The notes below the pieces were generated by a model that searched no databases, had not been told where the DNA came from, and saw only the letters and a program-made list of their open reading frames with translations. Source: Candidatus Kuenenia stuttgartensis (GTDB lineage: Bacteria; Planctomycetota; Planctomycetia; Pirellulales; UBA1268). From it: a DNA stretch of 64,000 bases. Each line of letters begins with the position of its first letter. Position 1 is the first letter of the stretch. The stretch lies in contig CAMBFA010000002.1 of the NCBI GenBank assembly GCA_945865325.1, positions 9,035-73,034 on the forward strand, given 5' to 3'. Of this stretch, positions 25,011-33,507 are shown piece after piece. Made by a program: the position numbers and the translations under genes.

Positions 25011-26089
25011 CCCATGGCCTCCACTGATTCGGGGAAGGCCCCGGCGCCCGCCGCCTTGACGGGGATCACGACGACGGGAAACACACGAATGAATTCCGGC
25101 CACCGGTCAGGTTGCGCACGGACCACGATCCGCCATTGAACGGCGTTATTTTCGCTCGAGAAGGAGTGCATCGCATCGGCTGGGATCGTCAACGGCACGC
25201 GCGCTTCGAAGATCCCGCCGGGCACCGGTTGGACGAGTTGCCATCCCGAGACGGGGACTCGCCTCACGACGATCCGCTGGGTTCTCGTGTCGGTGCCCTG
25301 ACGGAACGTCGCCGTCTCCTCCATTTCGAGCCCGAGATCAATCGATCGGAAAAGGTGCGCGCCCCCCTGGCCGAGCCGGACGTCATACCGCCTGCCGGGG
25401 ACGAGCGGGTGATCGGAGATCTCGACGTGCGTCGGCCCCACCGACGTGGAGAGTACGAGCGATCTGACGAACAGCGCCACCCCAACCACACCGACGACGA
25501 CAAACGGCACGAGGAGACCGATCAGCAACCAATCGGTCGTGCCGCCGATGAGATCAGCCCCAACGCCGACGGCAAGCACGACGACGACAGCGTTCCAGAG
25601 GAGCGCGAACAATCCAAACCCGACCAACGACCAGTTCTCGGGACTCTCCAGAGGGAGTCGGTAGCGAAGGACGATGCCGGGGGAGTTCTCGAGGTTGTCG
25701 CACGACGGGATCGCCGGACGACTTGCGGCCCCCGCCGACGGACCGGCCAGTCCCTCGAGGATCACCGTTCGTGAAGCCGCGGCTCGGTGTTCCTGGGATT
25801 TCCCCCACGTTCGCACGACGCGGACGAGACCAGAGCCACCAAAGGCCAACAGCGCCACGGGCATCAGCAGCGTCAGCAGCCACATCCACCATTCGTAGCC
25901 CCGCTGGAGCACGACCGAGTCGGGGTCGGCAGGCGCGTAGGTCACCGCACCGGTCACCAGGAGCAGTCCAAAGACGACCCCGGCACCGACCAGCAACGCG
26001 TAAAAAAGCCCTTCGGCAAACGACCCCCAGGCATGGGAGTCGGTTCTCCGATGGCCCCGCTTCTTGGTGAAGAACCGCGGAAGTCTCAT
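25007..26089 (-). CDS. Four-TM membrane protein with C-terminal arrestin-like/beta-sandwich-like domain
   Basis: 360 aa. Hydrophobic helices: GLFYALLVGAGVVFGLLLVTGAV, WWMWLLTLLMPVALLAFGGSGLV, LVGFGLFALLWNAVVVVLAVGVGA, WLLIGLLVPFVVVGVVGVALFV. These are followed by a beta-rich domain of about 150 aa. Confidence 0.7.
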   Translation of the reverse strand: MRLPRFFTKKRGHRRTDSHAWGSFAEGLFYALLVGAGVVFGLLLVTGAVTYAPADPDSVVLQRGYEWWMWLLTLLMPVALLAFGGSGLVRVVRTWGKSQEHRAAASRTVILEGLAGPSAGAASRPAIPSCDNLENSPGIVLRYRLPLESPENWSLVGFGLFALLWNAVVVVLAVGVGADLIGGTTDWLLIGLLVPFVVVGVVGVALFVRSLVLSTSVGPTHVEISDHPLVPGRRYDVRLGQGGAHLFRSIDLGLEMEETATFRQGTDTRTQRIVVRRVPVSGWQLVQPVPGGIFEARVPLTIPADAMHSFSSENNAVQWRIVVRAQPDRWPEFIRVFPVVVIPVKAAGAGAFPESVEAMG

Positions 26090-26162
26090 AACCGGTCATC
26101 CCGGACGTGCCCCGGCCAGCGGTTCCCGCCCTGCCCGATGCTCCGGCTCGTGCGACCGGACT

Positions 26163-26477
26163 TCAGGAGTGCCCTTCGGCACCTGCCGGACCGTTCGTCC
26201 CCAGCGCTGTGGACTGGGCGGAAGACGGCTGGGCCGAGCGGTAAAATCCAATTTTTTCGAGGGCTCGATAGACCTCTTCGAGCGTCTTCTCGCCGAAATT
26301 GGAGATTCCGAGGAGGTCGGCACGCGTGCACTTGAGGAGGTCGTGCACCGTGAAGATGCCCTTCTCCTCGAGGCAATTCGTCGTTCGAACCGAAAGTCCG
26401 ATCTCGGCGGTACTCATGTCGAGCTTCTCCGCCATTTCGTCCGACTGCGTCATATTCCTGTACGGAACGCGTGGCAT
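26163..26477 (-). CDS. Stand-alone RNA polymerase alpha C-terminal-domain-like (HhH) protein
   Basis: LSVRTTNCLEEKGIFTVHDLLKCTRADLLGISNFGEKTLEEVYRALEKIGF resembles the RpoA alphaCTD. ATG 26477 has GGGAGGG 5 nt upstream. The listed TTG 26609 and ATG 26579 are alternatives. Confidence 0.75.
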   Translation of the reverse strand: MPRVPYRNMTQSDEMAEKLDMSTAEIGLSVRTTNCLEEKGIFTVHDLLKCTRADLLGISNFGEKTLEEVYRALEKIGFYRSAQPSSAQSTALGTNGPAGAEGHS

Positions 26478-26831
26478 GGGTTCCCTCCCGTGCGGCGGAC
26501 CGGTTTCCCGGCCCAGGGGCTCGATGTCCCGGGAATAGCCGGGAATCGGAAGCTGGCGTGACGGGACCCCATCGGACATCCCTGTTCCGATCTGAAATCC
26601 AAGCGTCAAGTCTGTCCACGATCACGTCGTGCTCTGATCGATTCGGCCCGAGGGTCACCCCGCCCCGTCGATGAACCCGTTCCGTGATTCGATGGCACCG
26701 TCTTCCGACAGGGAGGAAATATACTCGGGATCGCTCGATTCCGACTACCACCCGGCGGGTATCGACGCAGATCTTCCCAAACCCCGCAGACGGCCGGGAT
26801 TCACCCACCCGGTGGCAGGCAGGACGACCGC

Positions 26832-29228
26832 ATGCAACTCGACAGCCTCAATGCATCCCAGCGTCGGGCAGCCACCCACATGGACGGCCCGCTCTTGGTG
26901 CTTGCGGGGCCGGGCAGCGGCAAGACGCGTGTCGTCACCCACCGGATCGCCCACCTCATCTTGCAGGGGGTGCCGGCCCACACCATCGTGGCCCTGTCGT
27001 TCACCAACAAAGCCGCCGACGAGATGCGCCGCCGGGTGACGTCGCTCGTCGGCCCGCAGCCGGTCGAAATGGGGACGTTCCACCGTTTCGCGGCCCGGTT
27101 GCTCCGTACCCACGCCAGGATGGTCGGGTTGACCAGTGACTATTCGATTCTCGACACCGACGACTCCGGGGCGGTGATGAAGCGGGCGGCGAAGCGACTC
27201 GGTCTGAACCTCACCCACACTCCGGTCGACCGTCTCGCAGGGATCATCAGCCGCGCCAAGAACGACCTCCTCACTCCGGAAACCTTCGAAGCACGCTGGG
27301 GCCGGCCGGCCGACGAGGTCGCCGTCAGGCTGTGGCCGGTCTATCAACAGATGATGCTCGAATGCAATGCCGTCGACTTCGATGACCTGCTCGTCCACGT
27401 GGCGCGGTTGATCCTCGACAACCCCGAACTCCGCAGCCAACTCGACGCCCGTCACCGCTGGATCCTCGTCGACGAGTACCAGGACACGAATGCCGCCCAG
27501 TATGCGATCCTCCGGGGACTGTCGATCGATCACCCGAATCTCTCGGTGACCGGCGATCCCGACCAGGCGATCTACGGATGGCGCGGTGCGAGCATCCGCA
27601 ACATCCTCGAGTTCGAACGCGACTACCCGACCGCGAGCGTGGTGAAGCTCGAGCACAACTACCGGAGCACGGCGAACATCCTCGGCACGGCCGACCGTCT
27701 CATCGGGCACAACACGCGCCGCAAGCCGAAGCAACTCCTCACCGATGCCGCCGACGGTGTACCCGTGCGCATCGTCCTCGATGCAGAAGGGCGCGAGGAG
27801 GCCGACCGGATCGCCGACGAGATCGCCGCGGCTGTCGCGCGGTCGGGGCGTTCACCACGGGATTTCGCCATCCTCTTCCGCACCAACGCCCTCTCCCGCT
27901 CCCTGGAGGTCGCACTCCGTTCCCGCGGCGTCCCCTACCAACTGCTCCGCGGGGTCGAGTTCTTCAAGCGACGCGAGATCCGTGACATCATCGCCTGGCT
28001 GCGATTGCTTCGGAATCCGCGTGATGACGAGGCGCTCCTCCGGGTCGTCAACGTGCCTGCGCGGGGCATCGGGCGGCTGTCGCTCGATCTCCTCTCGGCC
28101 TGGGCGACCGACCATGCCGTGCCGCTCCTGGCCGCCTGCCGACGGGCGAAGTCCGTGACCGGCCTCCCGGCCCGGGCTGCCACGTCGATCGGTCGTTTTG
28201 CGGCGCTCCATGCCACGCTCGCGGCCGTGGCGGCCGGCGATCCCTCGGTGGCCGGGATCCTCGAAGCCGTGCTCGAGCAGACCGGCTATCGCGTCATGCT
28301 CGCCGACGACGAGGACGAGGAGGGGGACGACCGGCTCGCGAACGTGGAGGAACTGATCACGGCGGCCCGGCAATTCGATTCCGGATATGCCTCGGATGAA
28401 CAGCCCCGCGGGATCGACGAATCCCCGCTCGGCGCGTTCCTCGACACCACCGCCCTGGTGGCCGACACCGACGCCTGGGACCCCTCCGCCGATCGGGTCT
28501 CGCTGATGACGTTCCATGCCGCCAAGGGACTCGAATTCCCGGTGGTCTACCTCGTGGCCATGGAGGATGGGATTCTTCCTCACCAACGCAGCCTCGATCA
28601 GCCCGACCAGCTCGAAGAGGAGCGGCGCCTCGTGTTCGTGGGGATCACCCGCGGCATGGAGCAGGTTCATGCCAGCTGTGCCCGGATGCGCGACTACCGC
28701 GGGGCCCGGCGGATCGGCTGCCCCAGCCTGTTCCTCGCGGAGATGTCAGGCCCCGGTGCGGAGGTGACGGGCACCGAAGCCCCGCCGGCCGGGGGCCTGG
28801 GGGGCCGCCGACCCCGCGAGGATGACGAATCCCAGCTTCCTCCCGATGCCTGGGAGGAGGAGCAGGGATGGACGGCGCCCCGCCAGGGCTCCCCGCCGAG
28901 GCCAACCAGGGACGACGGACTCGTGCTTGAGACCGAAGACGATCTGCCTCCGCCACCGGGGCGTTCCAGAGCCGGTTTGAGGACGGCCCGCCCCACGCCT
29001 CCCAAATTGGAGACTGCCGCCGAGCTCGCGCGACGGACCAGCGGCCGGCAGGCGCCGGCCCCCTTGGCCGCCGGGCAGAGGGTCCGGCACGCCGAGTATG
29101 GCCAGGGAACGATCGCCGGAGTGAGCGGCGCTGGCGTACGGTCTGTCGTGACGGTGATCTTCGACGGCTCCGCCGGTACGCGACGCTTCATCTTCTCCCA
29201 CGGTGCCCTCGAGCCGATCGCGGATTGA
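26832..29228 (+). CDS. UvrD/PcrA/Rep-family ATP-dependent DNA helicase
   Basis: Walker A LAGPGSGKTRVV, motif II VDEYQDTN, TFHAAKGLEFPVVYL. C-terminal Tudor-like GQRVRHAEYGQGTIAGV. Confidence 0.95.
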   Translation: MQLDSLNASQRRAATHMDGPLLVLAGPGSGKTRVVTHRIAHLILQGVPAHTIVALSFTNKAADEMRRRVTSLVGPQPVEMGTFHRFAARLLRTHARMVGLTSDYSILDTDDSGAVMKRAAKRLGLNLTHTPVDRLAGIISRAKNDLLTPETFEARWGRPADEVAVRLWPVYQQMMLECNAVDFDDLLVHVARLILDNPELRSQLDARHRWILVDEYQDTNAAQYAILRGLSIDHPNLSVTGDPDQAIYGWRGASIRNILEFERDYPTASVVKLEHNYRSTANILGTADRLIGHNTRRKPKQLLTDAADGVPVRIVLDAEGREEADRIADEIAAAVARSGRSPRDFAILFRTNALSRSLEVALRSRGVPYQLLRGVEFFKRREIRDIIAWLRLLRNPRDDEALLRVVNVPARGIGRLSLDLLSAWATDHAVPLLAACRRAKSVTGLPARAATSIGRFAALHATLAAVAAGDPSVAGILEAVLEQTGYRVMLADDEDEEGDDRLANVEELITAARQFDSGYASDEQPRGIDESPLGAFLDTTALVADTDAWDPSADRVSLMTFHAAKGLEFPVVYLVAMEDGILPHQRSLDQPDQLEEERRLVFVGITRGMEQVHASCARMRDYRGARRIGCPSLFLAEMSGPGAEVTGTEAPPAGGLGGRRPREDDESQLPPDAWEEEQGWTAPRQGSPPRPTRDDGLVLETEDDLPPPPGRSRAGLRTARPTPPKLETAAELARRTSGRQAPAPLAAGQRVRHAEYGQGTIAGVSGAGVRSVVTVIFDGSAGTRRFIFSHGALEPIAD

Positions 29229-29245
29229 TCGGCACCCACCGCAAC

Positions 29246-30184
29246 TCATGTCCGCTCAGCCCACCACCGGATCGTCTCCGCGAGCCCGTTATCGAAGTCG
29301 CGGACGGGTTGCCATCCGAGCATCGATCGGGCGCGCGAGATGTCGAGGCTGCGCCGTGGCTGGCCATCCGGCTGCGATCGATCCCAGGTGATCCGCCCAC
29401 CGTACCGACATCCTGCGGCCACCTTGGCCACGAGATCACGGATCGCGATCTCCACCCCACCGCCAAGATTGATCGGGATCGGATCATCGATCAGCTCCGC
29501 CGCCCGGACCACCGCCTCGGCGGCATCCTCGACATGGAGGAACTCCCGCGTGGCGGTTCCCGAACCCCAGCAAACGATCTCGGGCAATCCGGCGCGGCGC
29601 GCCTCGTCGCACCTCCGGATCAGGGCGGGAATGACATGGCTCGTGGCGGGGTCGAAGTCGTCCCCGGGACCGTAGAGATTCACCGGCACCACCACCGCCG
29701 ATCGGAGGCCGTACTGGCGCCGGTAGGCATCGAGCATCACGAACAACGCCTTCTTGGCGATGCCGTACGGTGCGTTGGTGACTTCTGGGTAACCGTTCCA
29801 GAGGTCGTCCTCCCGGAACGGAACGGCACAATCCCGCGGATACGCGCAGACGGTACCGGTATGGACGAACTTCTCAAGCCCGACCCGCCGCGCATGCTCG
29901 ATGAGATGGAGCCCCATCGCCATGTTGGCGTAAAAAAAACGCCCCGGTGCCGCCCGGTTCGCGCCGATGCCACCGACCTCCGCGGCTAGGTGAATGACGA
30001 CATCCGGACGGACATCATCGTAGAGGCGTTCAACGGCCGATTCATCGGTGAGGTCGCAGGACTCGCGCCGCGGCACGATCAGCTGGTCAGGCGACACACC
30101 GCGGGCGCGGAGAACCCGGCAAACGGCCGTCCCGAGGAACCCGGCGCCCCCGGTGACAACGATCCGTTTCCTCGCGAGCTCCAT
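29246..30184 (-). CDS. fcl: GDP-L-fucose synthase (NAD-dependent epimerase/reductase, WcaG/Fcl type)
   Basis: VTGGAGFLG Rossmann motif and YGIAKK (YxxxK). VIHLAAEVGGIGANRAAPGRFFYANMAMG and WGSGTATREFLHVEDAA are typical of Fcl. Confidence 0.8.
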   Translation of the reverse strand: MELARKRIVVTGGAGFLGTAVCRVLRARGVSPDQLIVPRRESCDLTDESAVERLYDDVRPDVVIHLAAEVGGIGANRAAPGRFFYANMAMGLHLIEHARRVGLEKFVHTGTVCAYPRDCAVPFREDDLWNGYPEVTNAPYGIAKKALFVMLDAYRRQYGLRSAVVVPVNLYGPGDDFDPATSHVIPALIRRCDEARRAGLPEIVCWGSGTATREFLHVEDAAEAVVRAAELIDDPIPINLGGGVEIAIRDLVAKVAAGCRYGGRITWDRSQPDGQPRRSLDISRARSMLGWQPVRDFDNGLAETIRWWAERT

Positions 30185-30265
30185 GACCGGCGTTCAAACC
30201 CTCGTGATCAGCACCCGGCAGCACCCCGGAGATATCGCGCCCCACACTCCATGCAGGCTCGCGAT

Positions 30266-30994
30266 TCACGCCCCGTTCGAGCCGATCGACGTGGTGGTGC
30301 CACCATCGGCCCTGACCTGTGCGGCGTCCTCGGCGACGAAGATCGCCCGGTCAAACTCCGGGATCAGGTCGGCGAGGAACTGCAACCCAGTGCGGCTCCC
30401 TTCACCCCGTGGCATGGCCGTCTCATCGATAATGGCGTAAATCTTGAACACGACGAGACTGTTGGCCAGTTCGATACGGGCAATCTGCGGCGCGACCCAC
30501 TTCCCGGTCACGGCATACGTCCAGAATATCCGCAGGCTCTCCCCAGGCTTCTTGAACGAGCCAGAGAAGGCCTCGGCCGTCTTGCCATCCGGAAGCTGGA
30601 TATTCTCACGGTGCTCCTGCTCGGCGATCTCAAAGCCGGCGCTCGGATAACAGCGATCGGGCGTGTGACCGGAAGCGTCGCTCGGCGTGGCACAGACCAC
30701 GAAGACGCCGACCCTAGCGCCACTGTCGACATTCTGGTACTCGCGCGAAATGTGACCCACCGCACCAGCCACCTTGAGCTGCGCGGGATCGGCCTCCGTC
30801 TCGCCGATCATCTTCCAGGAGCCGAACTCCTTCGGGAAAGAAGACTCCAGCCGGGCGGCATCCTTGCGGAGCTCCTCACTCACATTTTTCCCAGTCCAGC
30901 GATCAGTCATATACCCCTGGGTAACCGTAACGCCGATCAAGGCGACCAGTCCGAAACACACCGGCAGCCATGTTGACAAAAAGTTCGATTTCAT
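30266..30994 (-). CDS. Exosortase-associated EpsI-family protein
   Basis: N-terminal anchor LSTWLPVCFGLVALIGV. ISREYQNVDSGARVGVFVVCATPSDASGHTPDRCYPSAGFE matches my memory of the EpsI (DUF3485) core. It lies in an exosortase locus. Confidence 0.75.
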   Translation of the reverse strand: MKSNFLSTWLPVCFGLVALIGVTVTQGYMTDRWTGKNVSEELRKDAARLESSFPKEFGSWKMIGETEADPAQLKVAGAVGHISREYQNVDSGARVGVFVVCATPSDASGHTPDRCYPSAGFEIAEQEHRENIQLPDGKTAEAFSGSFKKPGESLRIFWTYAVTGKWVAPQIARIELANSLVVFKIYAIIDETAMPRGEGSRTGLQFLADLIPEFDRAIFVAEDAAQVRADGGTTTSIGSNGA

Positions 30995-31034
30995 CGGCGC
31001 TGGAATCCTGATGGGTCAATCGATCGACAGGCCG

Positions 31035-33311
31035 TCACGCCGAAAACCGTTTGGCGCTTCCCGTCCCAGAATCACTCACACCGCTCAAGACACATCCGGC
31101 AACACGGACACCGGCCGATCGGAGCCGATCCACCGCCGCAACCGTCGCCGGGACACTGCTGACATCACGCATTGCGGAGAGGATGGTGATATCGCTCTGC
31201 CGCCCCATGATGAGCGTGTCGGCGTAGGCGAGCACCGGCCCGGCATCAATGATGACGTGATCGAACGAATCACGGAAACCCTGGATGATGCGGGGAAATT
31301 CCTGCCGCGACAGGGCCGTGATGGCGTCATAGTCAACCGCCCCCGCCGTCACGGCAAACAATCCGTCGATCGCCGTCGGCTGGACGACTTCATTGTTTGT
31401 CGTTTCACCGCGAAGCAGTTCCGCCATGCCCGGGGTCGCCGCGTCGATCTGGAGGGCCGCGTGCACCGAAGGATTCCGTAGGCTCCCTTCGATGAGGAGC
31501 GTGCGGTGACCCGAGCGGGCGATGCTGGCGGCGAGATTCGCGGCCAGTGAAGACTTCGCTTCCCGTTCACCGGCGCTCGTCACCATGATGACCTTGGCCA
31601 CCTCCCGATTCCCTTGGAGGATGAGGGTCCGGATACTGTCGACACTCTCCGCCAGGCGGTACTCGTTGGCGCCGCCCCGTCTCGATTTTCCGATCCAGGG
31701 AATCGTGCCGATGGCCCGCACACCGATCCGTGACGGGATCTCCTCGACATCCCCGAGCCGGTTCCTCATGTACTCCAGCGCCACGATCAGCGCCCCGCCA
31801 CAGGAACCGCCGGCTCCCGCCGCCATCAGCGCCAACAGGAGCCGCTTCACGGTGTCGTTTCCACCCGGGACAACCGCCTCCTCAAGGAGCGTCACCCGCG
31901 GGGGGGCGGTGAGATCGAGCGATGTTGCCTCGAGTTGCATACCGATCTGATCGGTGATCCGGTTAAGCTGGTCGATTTCCGATTTGCGGTTCTCGAGATC
32001 GGCATTCGCATTCCCAAGATCGATGACCTGCTTCGAGATGTCGTCGTAGGTGCCCCGGGCTTTTTCGATCGCCCTGCCGAGCGTCTGCCGGCGGAGTTCG
32101 AGCTCGCGGGGGCTAGAGAGGCCCCCTGCAGATGTCGAACTTCCACCGGATCCCATGACACCGAGGACTTGGGGCCGGAGCTTCGATTTGGCCGACTCGA
32201 TCTGGCGGAGGAGTTGCTGCCGGCGCCCGACCATCCGCCTCACGGCTGGCTCGTTCATTCCCCGGGCGCTCCGTTCCGCCTGGCCGAGGATCGATTCGGT
32301 CAGGCCGGCGATCTGCGATTCGAGAGCACGAATCTCCGGCTCACGCGACAAGGCAGCCTCGATCATATCCTCGGAAGCGAGCTGATCCGCGACGTCGGCA
32401 CCATCTTCAGCCTCGTCGCGCTGATTGTCGGACCGTGCGTCTGCGACCTCGCCTTTGCGGAAATCCATGATCGCGATCTCCGCTTCGAGTTGCTCGAGAT
32501 CGTCCTCTGCCGCCACCATCCTCTGCCTGGCCGTGCTGAGCTGGTCCATGAGCAGCCCTCGCTGCGTTGACACTTCCTGACTGTCACGGGTGCCGAGCGT
32601 GCGGGCGAGGTCGTTGAAAGTCTCCCGGCGACTGCGCAATTCGGTCTGATTCTCTTTGAACTTCTTCTCGAGTTGGTCTCGGCGGCTGAGTCGATCCTGA
32701 CGGTCCTTGTTGACGATGTCGTCGAGGTAGCAGGAGGTGATTGCGTTGAGGATCTTCGCCGTCTCCTCGGCGACGGCCCCGCGGAACTTCAGCTGCATCA
32801 CCTCGGAGTCACCCTGCAACACCGGCTCGATCGTTTGCGCCAGCCAGGTTTGCGGGTCGTCCTGCTCGGTGATCATCCGCAGCGACGAGATGCCCGGCTT
32901 GCGCAGGGCCGCATTGAGCACCACGGGGCTGCGGAGCAACTGCAGTTGCGTCTTCCGGTAAGCGTCGTATTCTTCGCTGCGGCCCTCACTGAGAAGCGTC
33001 CCACTGGCGCGGATTCTCAACCAGACGATGGCCTCGTAGCCACGCGGAAGGAAGATCCACACGGGGACGGCGAAGGCGACCCCCATCACCAGCGCCAGCG
33101 CCAGCGCCGGCAACCAGCGCCGCCGCAGGGCGTGGAGAAGGCGCTTGGAGTCGAGCCCGCCATCCGCCCCAGCCTCCGGGGCGGCGACTGGGAAGGCCAT
33201 TCCCTGCGGACTGGGGAACGCCACGGCCGTGTCTCGCACGGCGATAGCGCCGACCGACGGCAGCGGTGCCTTCGGCTCGGTCGCGACGGCTACGGCAGCA
33301 GTTTCGCTCAT
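31035..33311 (-). CDS. Fused polysaccharide chain-length determinant (Wzz/GumC-like) and BY-kinase-like P-loop domain
   Basis: 758 aa. N-terminal Wzz-like region (LLHALRRRWLPALALALVMGVAFAV...YRKTQLQLLRSPVVLNAAL), long coiled-coil and a second TM. C-terminal domain carries VIMVTSAGEREAKSS, TLLIEGSLRNPSVH, HVIIDAGPVL. Confidence 0.85.
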   Translation of the reverse strand: MSETAAVAVATEPKAPLPSVGAIAVRDTAVAFPSPQGMAFPVAAPEAGADGGLDSKRLLHALRRRWLPALALALVMGVAFAVPVWIFLPRGYEAIVWLRIRASGTLLSEGRSEEYDAYRKTQLQLLRSPVVLNAALRKPGISSLRMITEQDDPQTWLAQTIEPVLQGDSEVMQLKFRGAVAEETAKILNAITSCYLDDIVNKDRQDRLSRRDQLEKKFKENQTELRSRRETFNDLARTLGTRDSQEVSTQRGLLMDQLSTARQRMVAAEDDLEQLEAEIAIMDFRKGEVADARSDNQRDEAEDGADVADQLASEDMIEAALSREPEIRALESQIAGLTESILGQAERSARGMNEPAVRRMVGRRQQLLRQIESAKSKLRPQVLGVMGSGGSSTSAGGLSSPRELELRRQTLGRAIEKARGTYDDISKQVIDLGNANADLENRKSEIDQLNRITDQIGMQLEATSLDLTAPPRVTLLEEAVVPGGNDTVKRLLLALMAAGAGGSCGGALIVALEYMRNRLGDVEEIPSRIGVRAIGTIPWIGKSRRGGANEYRLAESVDSIRTLILQGNREVAKVIMVTSAGEREAKSSLAANLAASIARSGHRTLLIEGSLRNPSVHAALQIDAATPGMAELLRGETTNNEVVQPTAIDGLFAVTAGAVDYDAITALSRQEFPRIIQGFRDSFDHVIIDAGPVLAYADTLIMGRQSDITILSAMRDVSSVPATVAAVDRLRSAGVRVAGCVLSGVSDSGTGSAKRFSA

Positions 33312-33334
33312 GGATAGCGCTACCTGGGATCAAT

Positions 33335-33406
33335 CAAGGGGAAACGACCTGACAAGGGGAAACGACCTGGCAAGGGGAAACGACCTGACAAGGGGAAACG
33401 ACCTGA
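33335..33406. repeat. Tandem repeat, 18-bp unit CAAGGGGAAACGACCTGA x 4 (one A>G in copy 2)
   Basis: Read directly. It lies in the 196-bp spacer between the exosortase stop (33508) and the chain-length-determinant start (33311), 24 nt upstream of that ATG. Confidence 0.97.
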
Positions 33407-33507
33407 CCCACCAACCACCAACACAACCCACCACGGCAGCCCGGTCCGAACCAGGGGGCCGACCCAACCACGGACGCCCTCCATGCCACTGCGAGACCAA
33501 CCGAGCG

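Noticed and set aside
33335-33406. Possibility that the 18-bp repeats are a CRISPR array, or that the RGNDLT / GRFPLS repeats in listed ORFs 33145..34638 (+) and 33320..33916 (-) are real proteins
   Set aside because: The units are contiguous with no spacers and there are no cas genes. The two listed ORFs otherwise run antisense to, or out of frame through, the exosortase gene with junk composition.
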